Assembly (NCBI GenBank): GCA_963771175.1
Contig: CAVYSY010000040.1
Span: 320,001-384,000, forward strand
Length of the DNA: 64,000 bases
Reading direction: 5' to 3'
Source: an uncultured delta proteobacterium
Lineage (GTDB): Bacteria; Myxococcota; Myxococcia; Myxococcales; Myxococcaceae
Positions 11,066 through 20,658 of the stretch are shown here, piece by piece. The notes under the pieces are model-generated. The model was given only the letters and a program-made list of their open reading frames with translations. It was not told the origin of the DNA and made no database searches. A program made the translations under genes and the position numbers. Within the stretch, counting starts at the first letter, position 1, and the number at the start of each line of letters is the position of its first letter.

Positions 11066-13276
11066 ATGACGTCCTCTTCTTCTGTTCCAGGCTCCAGATG
11101 GCCGCAGGGCCCGTGGCGTGCCGTTCCGTTCGTATTGGCGGTGGCGCTCGCGTGCTCGGTGACGTTGCGCCTGGGGCCGAGCGCCATTCGGAACTCCTCC
11201 CTGCGCTGGATCGTGATGGGGGCGCTGGCCCTCCTGCTGGTGCTGCCCGTCCGCTGGTTGGTGGAGCGCGTGCTCGTTCCGGGGTTGCGGCCGTACTCGT
11301 GGAAGGGGCGGAGCGCCTGGATCGTGGGGGCCCTGGCGGGAGCCCTGCTGCTGTGCGTGGCGATTCCGGTGAAGCCCCTTCGTCCGCGTGAGCTCCACCT
11401 GGAGATCACCGCCCTCGGGGAGAAGAATCCCTCCAGCCAGGGCACAGAGGTCTGGGTACACGGGCTGCTATCGAAAACCGATGGGCATCCCGTCTCCCTC
11501 GAGGCCAGGCGCACCGGCCAGTGGAAGGATGAGCAGGGCTCGCTGATTTCGACGGGAACGCCTCCCGCGACCCTGCGGTGGGATGGCTTCCTCGATCAGG
11601 ACTCGGAACTGGTGCTCACCCAGCATCCCTGGTCGGGGTTCGTCCGCATCACCCTGAACGGGGAGACCCAGCAGGTGGACCTCTTCTCCGCCTCGGCGGG
11701 GCAATGGGTGCTGCCCGTTCGGCCCGCTGCCGCCCCGGCCTTCACGGAGGGGTGGGTTCTGCGCCGGTTGAGCCGGCTGTCGGAGATTCTGGGGATCGCC
11801 CTCCTGTTGCTGCTCGCCGGCGTCGGCCTGTCCACCTGGTCAGGGCCCGCGCGTCAGGCCGAGCCGAGCCGTTGGAGCTGGGTGGCTCCCGCCGCCGTGT
11901 GCGCGGCGGTCTGGAGCGTCTTCCTGGTGGCGTTCTGGCCGGGTCTGCTGTCCTTCGACTCGGTCGTCCAATGGGGACAGATGGTCACGGGGCAGCTCAG
12001 CAACGGTCACCCGGCGCTCCACTCGATGATGATCTGGCTCGTGACGCGCGTCTGGCACTCGCCGGCCGCGGTGGCGCTGTGCCAGGTGTTGGCGCTGTCC
12101 CTCACCTTCGGTCTGGCCGTGCGCGAGATGGGACGTTGGGGCGTGCCGGCATGGGCCCGTGGGCTGGTGACGGTCCTCTTCGCGTTCTCGCCCGCCAATA
12201 CCGCGCTGAGCATCACCCTGTGGAAGGACGTGGCCTACAGCACCACGTTGCTGGCGGTTTCCACGATGCTGATGAGACTGGCCCGTACCCGGGGCGAGGC
12301 GCTGCGGTCGAAGGCCTTCGTCGGCGGGCTGACGGGGCTGCTCTCGCTCGCCATGCTGCTGCGCCACAACGGCCTGCCGGTCGCCGTGCTCCTGCTGGGG
12401 CTGCTGGCCATCATCGTGCCGCGTGAGCTGCGGCGCCGGGTGGGCGCGGTGGCGCTCGGCTGTATCGTGGCGTTCGCGCTGGTCACGGGCCCGTTCTACC
12501 GGGCGCTGGGCGTGGCGCCGATGCCGCGGGCCTTCGCGTACTCGCAGGTCTTCCACCAGATTGGTGCCATCGTCCACGCGGCGCCGGACTCCCTGTCGAA
12601 GGAGGATCGCGCGCTGCTCGAGTCCATGCAGCCCATGAAGATCTGGCGGGACGACTACGACAAGTTCTGCGTCAACTCGCTGATCTACAACAGCGAGCTC
12701 AAGTGGAATGTCTTCGACGACTCCCCCGAGCCGGGCCGCGCGCTCGTCCGTCTGTGGTTGAAGCTGCTGCCCCATCATCTGCCGACGGTGATCGAGCACC
12801 AGCTCGGTGCCAGCTCGCTCATCTGGCGGGTCCAGCAGGACGAACATGGGTACTCGTACCTGTACCAGTTCGATGTGCCCCCGAACGATTTCGGGTTGAA
12901 GCGGGACACCCTGTGGCCGCGAGGCGAGCGGGCGTTGATGCGGTGGCTGGAGGCCACGGTCGAGCTGAAGGTGTGGTTCTGGCGGCCGGCGCTCCTGCTG
13001 TACCTGAGCCTGTTCTGCGCGGTGATCGCCGCGGTGCGGCTGCGCCAGGGCTGGGTGGTGCTGGGCATCCTGCCGGCGGTGCTCAACTCGGCGGTCCTGA
13101 TGGGCCTGAGTCTGGCTCAGGACTTCCGTTACCAGTACCCGATGCACGTCGCGGGTCTGGTGTTTGTGTCGCTCCTGTTCGTACGGCGCGAGGCTCAGTC
13201 GGTGGTGGTCCCCGTGGCCCATCCCGAGCAGCCCGCGGCCGTCCCGGCCGGGTCTCCGTCGAAGATGGCGGTCTGA
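11066..13276 (+). CDS. Polytopic membrane protein, DUF6020-like, probable GT-C fold transferase
   Basis: Many hydrophobic segments; FWPGLLSFDSVVQWGQ..NGHPALH, TLWKDVAY, LRHNG, QDFRYQYP motifs; soluble beta-rich insert near N-terminus. Upstream part of the listed 1488-aa ORF is antisense shadow of the GT4+GT2 gene. Confidence 0.72.
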   Translation: MTSSSSVPGSRWPQGPWRAVPFVLAVALACSVTLRLGPSAIRNSSLRWIVMGALALLLVLPVRWLVERVLVPGLRPYSWKGRSAWIVGALAGALLLCVAIPVKPLRPRELHLEITALGEKNPSSQGTEVWVHGLLSKTDGHPVSLEARRTGQWKDEQGSLISTGTPPATLRWDGFLDQDSELVLTQHPWSGFVRITLNGETQQVDLFSASAGQWVLPVRPAAAPAFTEGWVLRRLSRLSEILGIALLLLLAGVGLSTWSGPARQAEPSRWSWVAPAAVCAAVWSVFLVAFWPGLLSFDSVVQWGQMVTGQLSNGHPALHSMMIWLVTRVWHSPAAVALCQVLALSLTFGLAVREMGRWGVPAWARGLVTVLFAFSPANTALSITLWKDVAYSTTLLAVSTMLMRLARTRGEALRSKAFVGGLTGLLSLAMLLRHNGLPVAVLLLGLLAIIVPRELRRRVGAVALGCIVAFALVTGPFYRALGVAPMPRAFAYSQVFHQIGAIVHAAPDSLSKEDRALLESMQPMKIWRDDYDKFCVNSLIYNSELKWNVFDDSPEPGRALVRLWLKLLPHHLPTVIEHQLGASSLIWRVQQDEHGYSYLYQFDVPPNDFGLKRDTLWPRGERALMRWLEATVELKVWFWRPALLLYLSLFCAVIAAVRLRQGWVVLGILPAVLNSAVLMGLSLAQDFRYQYPMHVAGLVFVSLLFVRREAQSVVVPVAHPEQPAAVPAGSPSKMAV

Positions 13277-13325
13277 GTCCGACCTTTGATAGCAACGCTG
13301 CTGCCTCGTCTCCGGAGTCCGTAGA

Positions 13326-14488
13326 ATGTCGCCGCTCTTCATCGCCGTCCTCGTTGGCTTCTTCGTGCTGGTGTTCTCCCAGTTCGGAGCTCGGCTAGCT
13401 GCCCGACACTCGGTCTCGTGGTACCTGGTCAGTGCCTTCATCTTCGTGGCGTCCGTGCGGCCCCAGTGGCTGCGGCCCCTGGCGGACCTGATGGGCATCC
13501 AGCTCATCAGCAACCTGGTGCTCGCGGTGCTGACGATGTTCCTGTTCGCGCAGATGCTCGAGCAGTACTCCGAGTCCACGCGCTCGCAGCGGCAGATGGT
13601 CCGGCTCGTGGCGTCCCTGGCCGCCCAGAACTTTCCGCTTCCCACCTCGGCCCGCTCCGAGCGCCTCCGGGTGCTGGTGGTGCTGCCCTGCTACAACGAG
13701 GCGGAGAACCTGCCCCACCTCGTGCCGCAGCTCACCGCCCTCAAGCGCTCCACCCCGGAGCTCGAGCTGGATTTCTGCATCGTCAACGATGGCTCCGTCG
13801 ACGCGACTCCGGTCCTCCTGCGGGAGCTGGCGCCCGCCAACCACGTCTCGCACCACACCAACATCGGCGTGGCCGGCGTGCTGCGGACCGGCTTCGAGAT
13901 CGCCCGGCGCATCGGCGCCGACTACGCCATCCAGTGCGACTCGGATGGCCAGCACCCCATCACGCGCATTCCCGCTCTCGTCCGCATCGCGCAGGAGCGG
14001 GGCGTGGACATGCTCATCGGTTCGCGCTTCGCCCCCGGAGGCGAGGGGGATGGGCTGGAGAGCACCACGAAGCTGCGGCGCCTGGGCGGCATCATGGTGA
14101 GCACCACCCTGCGGCTCTTCCGGGGCGCGCGGGTGGAGGATCCGACGTCCGGCTTCCGCGTCTACTCGCGCCGGGCCATGAACACGCTGCTGCGGCAGAT
14201 GCCGGACGAGTACCCCGAGCCCGAGGCCATCGCGCTGGTGGCGCTGGCGCGGCTGCGCATCGAGGAGACGCACGTCACCATGATGCCGCGCACGCTGGGC
14301 ACCTCGAGCATCAGCGGGCTCAAGAGCGCGCGCTTCATGACGAAGGTGACGTCGGCGCTGCTCGGGCTGCGGTTGCGCACACTCTTCCGTGACCGGGAGG
14401 CGCAGGTGCCCGCGCCCGCTCCGGTCACCTCGCTGAACCCGCGGCCCCGGCCAGCGCCCCCGTGGAGGAGCCTTCCGCCCGGGTCTGA
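13326..14488 (+). CDS. DUF2304 membrane domain fused to polyprenol-phosphate glycosyltransferase (GT2, DPM-synthase-like); 1-nt deletion near 14435-14440
   Basis: Three TM helices with LADLMGI..SNLV (DUF2304-like), then VLPCYNE, VNDGSVD, QCDSDGQH, IGSRF, DPTSGFRVY, DEYPEPE. Shifted frame gives PAAPASAPVEEPSARV-stop at 14486-14488, abutting the convergent gene. Confidence 0.82.
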
Positions 14489-14489
14489 G

Positions 14490-15578
14490 TCAGCGGCGAG
14501 TAGGGACGAGCCCCTCCAGCGTCACCGTCCCGCGCGTCAGCATCAGCAGGCCGAGCGCCACCTGGTGCAGCACGGTGGCCAGCCACATCACGTTGGCGAA
14601 GGCCAGGCCCGTGCCATTGAGCACGGCCGCGGGAACGAAGAGCGAGAGGCTCACCTTCACCCCCGCCTGGAAGGTGCCCGCCATGCCCGGTGCGGCGGGG
14701 ATCATGCCCCCCAGCACCGTGACGCCGAGCACGACGAAGCTCTGGAACACGTCCAGCCTGAGGGGCATGCAGCTGCCCGTCTCGCCCGCGCAGTCGAAGG
14801 CGTACGCGAGCACCAGGATGGCCACTCCGTTGACCACCCAGATGACCACCGTCATCACGGCCGTGGAGAGGAACTGCCGCAGCCCGGATACCTGGCGTAC
14901 GGCGCCCACGAACGAGTCCATCAGCCCGGCTACGCGCTCGGCGAGCCCCGGAGACAGCCAGCCCAGGCCGCGGCGCACCCAATGCACCGCCAGCGCCCGC
15001 TGCCAGTACGCCAGCAGCAGCACTGCCCACAGGCCGAGGAAGGCCGCCAGCATGAGGTGGGTGCCCCAACGCAGGTAGCGCAGCGTCTCGGTGGCGTCCC
15101 CGAGCCACCACAGCGTCCCCTCCAGCAGCAGCGCGATGGCGATGCCGTCGATGATGCGCTCCAGCACCACCGAGGTGAGCGCGGCGCTCGCGCGGATGGA
15201 GGAGCGGCGCGAGATGAGCACGGGCCGCGCGAACTCGCCCAGCCGCAGCGGCAGCAGGACGAAGAGCATGTTGCCCACCGCCGTGGCCTCGTTGAGGGGG
15301 CGGAAGGGCACGCGCTCCAGCCCCGACAGCAGGCTTCCCCAGCGCAGGGCCCGCAGCCAGTGGACGCACTGGAGGAGCACCACGTGGGGCACCAGCCAGA
15401 GGAAGTTGGCCGTCCTCAAGCTGGCCCACATGTCCGCCCAGCGCAGATCATGGAAGGCCCACCAGCCGAAGAGGCCCGTGAGCCCGAAGCTCAGCAGCAG
15501 GCGCGCCGCGGCGCGGCCCCGCCCCATTCCCTGTTCCACGGTGGCGGCGGCCGCGGCCGGAGGTGTCTCAGTAGGCAT
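14490..15578 (-). CDS. UPF0104 / LPG-synthase TM-region flippase-like membrane protein
   Basis: LRALRW, LPLRLGEFARP, VVLERIID, IPAAPGMAGTFQ motifs; multiple TM helices. Confidence 0.88.
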   Translation of the reverse strand: MPTETPPAAAAATVEQGMGRGRAAARLLLSFGLTGLFGWWAFHDLRWADMWASLRTANFLWLVPHVVLLQCVHWLRALRWGSLLSGLERVPFRPLNEATAVGNMLFVLLPLRLGEFARPVLISRRSSIRASAALTSVVLERIIDGIAIALLLEGTLWWLGDATETLRYLRWGTHLMLAAFLGLWAVLLLAYWQRALAVHWVRRGLGWLSPGLAERVAGLMDSFVGAVRQVSGLRQFLSTAVMTVVIWVVNGVAILVLAYAFDCAGETGSCMPLRLDVFQSFVVLGVTVLGGMIPAAPGMAGTFQAGVKVSLSLFVPAAVLNGTGLAFANVMWLATVLHQVALGLLMLTRGTVTLEGLVPTRR

Positions 15579-16428
15579 CGAAGTCGAGCGCACGGAAGCG
15601 CAGGCGCGACACGTCCAGGCTCGGACGCTTGCCGGTGAGATCCCGGTAGATGAGGTTCAGCGGCGAGGGCCGCAGCCGCTCCGGGATGGTCGGGTAGAGC
15701 GAGCGCTTGAAGTGGCGGCTCGGGTCGATGCCGAGCCACAGCCGCACCGGGTTGGGGCTGAAGGGCGCGGTGCGCTCCAGGGACGTGGGGCAGAGTGGCC
15801 GCGGGAAGTCTCCGAGGATGGCCTGGATGCCGGCCTTGCCCGTGGGTGCCTCCACCCGGACGGACTCGCCCCGCTGGCGCAGGCGGTAGGCCCGGCTGGG
15901 GTTGGCCAGACGCCAGGCCAGCAGCTCGCGATCCCAGAGCACCTCGAACTCGGAGGTGAAGCGCGGATCCTGGGAGGGCAGGGGGCCCACGCCCAGCCGG
16001 GCCTCGAGCGGCGACACGAGCTGGAAGCCCAGCTTGCGGGTGAAGCCCGGGGTGCTGTTGGCATTGGCCACGCCCACCACCAGCTCATATCCCTGCGAGG
16101 CGGCGTACTGGTATGTCGCGTCCGCCAGCTTCGTGAACAGCCCCTTGCCCTGGTGCTGCGGGTGGGTGGCAGTGTTGAGCGAGAGCAGCCCCTTGCAGGC
16201 GCGGCCCTCGAGCTGGACGCGGATGGGGAGCGTCACATAGTGCGCCGCGAGCGTCTCACCCGCGAAGGCGTTGAAGCCCACGGCGGGGCCGGCGGGGTTC
16301 CGCACGTACTGCCAGGTGAGGTAGGCCTGAGTGAACTGGGCCGCGGCGGAGGGGAATACCTCCGTCAACAGGCGGTGGTAGCTCTGGAGCGACGGCTCGC
16401 TCAGATCGATCTGCCGGAGGTCGTACAT
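15568..16428 (-). CDS. GNAT family N-acyltransferase
   Basis: YLTWQYVRNPAG, TATHPQHQGKGLF (acyl-CoA motif A), GVANANS..GF..KLGF. Confidence 0.88.
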   Translation of the reverse strand: MYDLRQIDLSEPSLQSYHRLLTEVFPSAAAQFTQAYLTWQYVRNPAGPAVGFNAFAGETLAAHYVTLPIRVQLEGRACKGLLSLNTATHPQHQGKGLFTKLADATYQYAASQGYELVVGVANANSTPGFTRKLGFQLVSPLEARLGVGPLPSQDPRFTSEFEVLWDRELLAWRLANPSRAYRLRQRGESVRVEAPTGKAGIQAILGDFPRPLCPTSLERTAPFSPNPVRLWLGIDPSRHFKRSLYPTIPERLRPSPLNLIYRDLTGKRPSLDVSRLRFRALDFDAY

Positions 16429-16435
16429 GGCGGGG

Positions 16436-17350
16436 TTATCTCTCGCCCACGGCGCGGGCCATGGCGGGGGGCTCCCAGTGGGGGAGGCTGACGGGGGTGA
16501 GGAGGGCACGGGCGTCCGCCACGCGCTGCGGCAGGGCCTCGAAGGGGCCGAACTGGCGCAGCAGGGCGGCGAGCCGCTCCTCGGTGCGGCGCAGTTGGAA
16601 GTAGTGAATGGTCCGCGCCACGAAGGAGGTGTAGGGCAGGTCTCGCGGCTGCTCCAGATCCAGCTCCCAGGGGTGGACGTAGAGCACGACGTTGCGCCCA
16701 GCGCCCAGGTTGCGCCGCACGAGCCACTCGGTCACCGTCAGCGGTAGCGCCCGCAGGTAGAAGCCACCGCCGAAGGGCACCTTCATGCCGCCCAACAGCG
16801 CCACCGACGGGGGAATCTCCACCAGGCCCGGCGTGAGCGCGTAGGGATCCACCGGCGCGTCCGGGATGCCATAGAGGTGGTTCTTCGTCGGGAAGATGCT
16901 GGAGTCCACCTCGAAGCCCGCGGCCTCCAGCCGCTCCACCGCCCAGAGGGAGGCGCGGGTGATGGACCAGCAGGGGGCGCGGTAGGTCGTCACTGGGGCG
17001 CCGCCGATGTCCTCCAGTTGCTGGCGTCCCGCGCGGATGGCGGCCTCGAAGGCGTCCGGCTGCTGGTTGTAGACGAGCCGGTGATCCATCCCGTGCAGGC
17101 CGATGTGGTGTCCCGCGGCTACCGCGCGCCGCACCATCTCCGGGTTGCGGCGTGCGCAGTCCACGAGGAAGAAGAGGGTGGCGCGCGCCTTGTGCTCCTC
17201 GAGCAGATCCAACAGCCGCTCCATGGGAGGGGCGACGCGCGAGGGTGCATCCGTCATGTCCGGGAAGTCGGCGGTCCAGTCTTCGACGTCGATGGTGAAG
17301 AAGGCTCGTCCGCTCCTGGGCGTGGAGTGAGGCGATGCGGTATCGGTCAT
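16436..17350 (-). CDS. Polysaccharide deacetylase (CE4, DUF3473-type)
   Basis: FTIDVEDW, ATLFF, IGLHGMDH, YRAPCWSI, DSSIFP, GGGFYLR, YVHPWELD. Confidence 0.9.
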   Translation of the reverse strand: MTDTASPHSTPRSGRAFFTIDVEDWTADFPDMTDAPSRVAPPMERLLDLLEEHKARATLFFLVDCARRNPEMVRRAVAAGHHIGLHGMDHRLVYNQQPDAFEAAIRAGRQQLEDIGGAPVTTYRAPCWSITRASLWAVERLEAAGFEVDSSIFPTKNHLYGIPDAPVDPYALTPGLVEIPPSVALLGGMKVPFGGGFYLRALPLTVTEWLVRRNLGAGRNVVLYVHPWELDLEQPRDLPYTSFVARTIHYFQLRRTEERLAALLRQFGPFEALPQRVADARALLTPVSLPHWEPPAMARAVGER

Positions 17351-17439
17351 GACGGTAGGCGCCCTCCGTGAGCGCAAGGCGGCCACGACGTATCCGAAAG
17401 AGTGGGGGGCATCAAGTCAGAGCCGTCCGGCGGCCCGCC

Positions 17440-17880
17440 TCAATCCCGCCGCCCTTCCAACCGGGCGAGCCGCTCCTCCACCTCCTTGCGCCAGAGGGCC
17501 TGGGTGCGGGCCTGGACCTGCTGGTGCTCGTAGACAGTGGCCAGCGAGTCGAGGATGGCCTCGTTGAACTCCACCTGGCGGCGCAGCACCTCGTTGATGA
17601 AGGGCTGGAAGGCGAGACGGAAGGCCCGCTTGGCCAGCACGAGCGCGGGGCCCACCACCGGGCGATGCGAAGTGGCGGGCTCCACGTAGCGGCTGTCCTT
17701 CTTGTTGCGTGGCGCCTGCAGGACGGGAGGCCACTCACGCTCGACGGGGGCCTGCTTGGAGGACTCCAGCTTGCGGCGCAGCGCCTCCAGCGCCTCGGGA
17801 GGGGGAGGGGGTAGCCGGGCCACCTCGGCGGCCACGGCCTCGGGGGTGGGCGAGCGGGTGAGCAGATCTTCAGCGTTCAT
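17440..17880 (-). CDS. Small hypothetical protein: SHR..KR..RQxxFN module plus coiled coil
   Basis: ATSHRPVVGPALVLAKRAFRLAFQPFINEVLRRQVEFN..VEERLARLE; start overlaps stop of upstream GT; paralog of 5458-5919. Confidence 0.82.
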   Translation of the reverse strand: MNAEDLLTRSPTPEAVAAEVARLPPPPPEALEALRRKLESSKQAPVEREWPPVLQAPRNKKDSRYVEPATSHRPVVGPALVLAKRAFRLAFQPFINEVLRRQVEFNEAILDSLATVYEHQQVQARTQALWRKEVEERLARLEGRRD

Positions 17881-19510
17881 GGGCTTCTCCGATGCGCGCG
17901 AGCAGCCCAGCGAGCCGGGCCGCGGTGGTGTCGGGGGACGAGGGCTTCAGCTCCAGCAGGCGGGTGCCGAGCGTGCGCCGGGCCTCCGCTCGGGAGGAGT
18001 CGGGCAGGGTGGAGTCCGCCACGCCCCAGGCGCGAGAGGGGAGGCGGGCGAGTAGCTCGCGGGCGCTCGCCGTCTCCACGCCCAGCAGCACTGGCACCGC
18101 CTCCGAGCCCACCACGGCCGTCTCCAGCGAGGAGGCTCCCGGCAGCTCCGCGGAGGGCTCGCGGGAGAGCGGCTCGTCCGGGGTGAAATGCCATGTCTCG
18201 ATGCCGCCAGCACACTCCACTTCGGGCGCCGGGCGGGGCGAGGGCACGCCGGGACGAAGTGTCAGCAGGCGAACATGGCCGAGCTTCTCCGCCACGCGCC
18301 GGGCCAGCCTCGCCATGTCCGAGCCGGGGTGGGGTCCGAGGGCGGGGCACACCAGATCCACCGGAGCCGGGGCCGCGGGGGCCCGGGGTGCCTCGAGCGA
18401 GCCCTCGATGAAGGGGCGCAGGGCCTGCTTCCACCGCGTGGCCACCGTGTCCTGCCCGAGCGCCGCCAGCCGCGCGCGCTGCGCCTCCAGCACCTGCCCG
18501 CGCAGGCCCGCGTTGCGCTCCACCACGGCCAGCAGCCCGGCCACCTCCAAGGGGTCCCGCGAGAGCGTGGTGAGCCCCGCGCCTCCCATCGTCTCGGGGA
18601 CGGCGGCGGCGCCGTAGGCCACCACGGGGACGCCGCGGTGCATGGCCTCCAGGAGCGGGACGCCGAAGCCCTCGTGCCGGCTCATGGAGAGGTAGGCGGT
18701 GGCGGTGGCGAAGCACGCGGAGAGCTGCGCGGCGCTCACCCGCCCGAGGAAGAGGACGCGCTCGGGGCCCAGTGCGTCCCGCAGCCCATGGAGGAAGCCC
18801 CCGTAGGGCGTCTCGCGGTTGAGGTAGCCGGCCACGACGAGCCGGCTGCGGGGCTGGTACAGCCGCTGGTACGCGGTGAAGGCGCGCAGCACGTCGTCCA
18901 CGCGCTTGTGCGGCACGGCGCGGCCCACGAAGAGGACGTTGGCGCACCCGTCCTCCAGCTCGGCGCGCAGCACCGGATCCGCGGGGGCGTCGAAGGCGCT
19001 CCAGTCCATCGCGAAGGGCAGCACGGACACGTGGGGGACGCCCGCGGCCACCAGCTCCTCGGCGCTGAAGCCCGAGTACGCATACGCGCACTCCACCAGG
19101 GGGCGCAAGGCGAGCAGCTCCTCGCGCGCCGCGGTGCACGCCTGGGCCACCTTGCGCTCGAAGCCCTCGAAGAGCCGGGCGGGAGTGATGTTGTGGTACA
19201 CGAGTGCCTTGCGGCCGGGCGAGCGGGCCACCAGCGGCACCATCCGTGATTCGAAGCTGTGGTGGATGAGCAGCGCGCTGTCCGTGTCCGCCTCCCGGGG
19301 ATAGTCCCTCGCCGGGCGGACCTGCTGGCGGCACTCCTCGTCCCACTGCTCGGCGTAGATCTCCGAGGCGTAACCCCAGCTCCGGAGGAGCGCTCGCAGG
19401 TAGCGAGCCTGGTTGCCCACCGCGTCGCCCCAGGCCAGGCGCGGCACGAGTTGGTGCACTGCTCGGGCTGGCGATGGCCCGGCGGGCCGTTTGCTTCTTG
19501 GGATGTTCAC
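17870..19510 (-). CDS. Glycosyltransferase family 4 with C-terminal extension
   Basis: GDAVGNQ, YHNITP, LFVGRAVPHKR, SRHEGFGVPLLEAM. Confidence 0.9.
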   Translation of the reverse strand: MNIPRSKRPAGPSPARAVHQLVPRLAWGDAVGNQARYLRALLRSWGYASEIYAEQWDEECRQQVRPARDYPREADTDSALLIHHSFESRMVPLVARSPGRKALVYHNITPARLFEGFERKVAQACTAAREELLALRPLVECAYAYSGFSAEELVAAGVPHVSVLPFAMDWSAFDAPADPVLRAELEDGCANVLFVGRAVPHKRVDDVLRAFTAYQRLYQPRSRLVVAGYLNRETPYGGFLHGLRDALGPERVLFLGRVSAAQLSACFATATAYLSMSRHEGFGVPLLEAMHRGVPVVAYGAAAVPETMGGAGLTTLSRDPLEVAGLLAVVERNAGLRGQVLEAQRARLAALGQDTVATRWKQALRPFIEGSLEAPRAPAAPAPVDLVCPALGPHPGSDMARLARRVAEKLGHVRLLTLRPGVPSPRPAPEVECAGGIETWHFTPDEPLSREPSAELPGASSLETAVVGSEAVPVLLGVETASARELLARLPSRAWGVADSTLPDSSRAEARRTLGTRLLELKPSSPDTTAARLAGLLARIGEAHER

Positions 19511-19625
19511 GATTCCCCTGGCCTCTACCCTCGCGTCAGTTGTTGCACAAGGTCACTATTGACGACGCGGGGCCCCTCCACTACTCACGCCGTACCCCCT
19601 CCCCATTTCGTCGAGCGTGTCGTCC

Positions 19626-20645
19626 ATGAACGTACTGGTCACTGGCGGCTGCGGTTTCATCGGCTCCAATCTCATCAAGTACTTGCGCCGCGTGCGGCCG
19701 GACTGGACGCTCGTCAACCTCGACAAGCTCACGTACGCGGGCAACCTGGAGAACCTCAAGGAGCTCGAGGGAGACCCCCGGCACGTCTTCGTGCGCGGGG
19801 ACGTGGCCAACCGGGAGCTCGTCGAGCACCTGATGGCCGTGCACCGCATCGACGCGGTGATGCACCTGGCCGCCGAGAGCCACGTGGACCGCTCCATCCT
19901 CGGCCCCGAGGCCTTCATCCAGGCCAACGTGTTGGGCACCCAGCAATTGCTGGAGGCGAGCCGCCAGCAGGGGGTGACGCGCTTCCTGATGGTCTCCACC
20001 GACGAGGTGTACGGCTCCCTCGGGCCCACCGGGTACTTCACCGAGACCTCGCCCCTGCAGCCCTCCAGCCCCTACTCGGCGTCCAAGACGAGCGCGGATC
20101 TGCTGGCACTGGCCTGGCACCACACCTTCGGCATGGACGTGGTGGTGACGCGCTGCTCCAACAACTACGGCCGCTACCAGTTCCCCGAGAAGCTCATTCC
20201 CCTCATGGTGGTCAACGCCCTGCACGACAAGCCGCTGCCCGTCTACGGCGACGGCGGCAACGTGCGCGATTGGCTCCACGTGGAGGACCACTGTGCGGCG
20301 CTGCTGGTCGCGCTGGAGAAGGGGCGCTCCGGGCAGGTCTACAACATCGGCGGCAACTCCGAGCGCAAGAACATCGAGATCGTCAAGGCGATCCTCGGCC
20401 TGCTCGGAAAACCCGAGTCCCTCATCAAGTTCGTGAAGGATCGGCCGGGGCACGACCGGCGCTACGCCATCGACGCCACGCGGATGCGCACGGAGCTGGG
20501 CTGGGTGCCGGCGCACACCTTCGAGCAGGGCCTGAAGGAGACGGTGGGCTGGTACGTGGACAACCCGGCCTGGTGGGATCGGGTGATGAGCGGCGCCTAC
20601 CGCCAATACTTCGACACGCAGTACCGCACGCGGCTCAACGGTTGA
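19626..20645 (+). CDS. rmlB: dTDP-glucose 4,6-dehydratase
   Basis: VTGGCGFIGSN, DKLTYAGN, AAESHVDRSI, STDEVYG, YSASK, RCSNNYG, DRPGHDRRY. Confidence 0.97.
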   Translation: MNVLVTGGCGFIGSNLIKYLRRVRPDWTLVNLDKLTYAGNLENLKELEGDPRHVFVRGDVANRELVEHLMAVHRIDAVMHLAAESHVDRSILGPEAFIQANVLGTQQLLEASRQQGVTRFLMVSTDEVYGSLGPTGYFTETSPLQPSSPYSASKTSADLLALAWHHTFGMDVVVTRCSNNYGRYQFPEKLIPLMVVNALHDKPLPVYGDGGNVRDWLHVEDHCAALLVALEKGRSGQVYNIGGNSERKNIEIVKAILGLLGKPESLIKFVKDRPGHDRRYAIDATRMRTELGWVPAHTFEQGLKETVGWYVDNPAWWDRVMSGAYRQYFDTQYRTRLNG

Positions 20646-20658
20646 GGGAGGGTTCCCG

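Noticed and set aside
14489..15638. Read-through extension of DUF2304-GT2 to 770 aa
   Set aside because: Overlaps the flippase antisense; one-base correction gives a natural stop at 14488.
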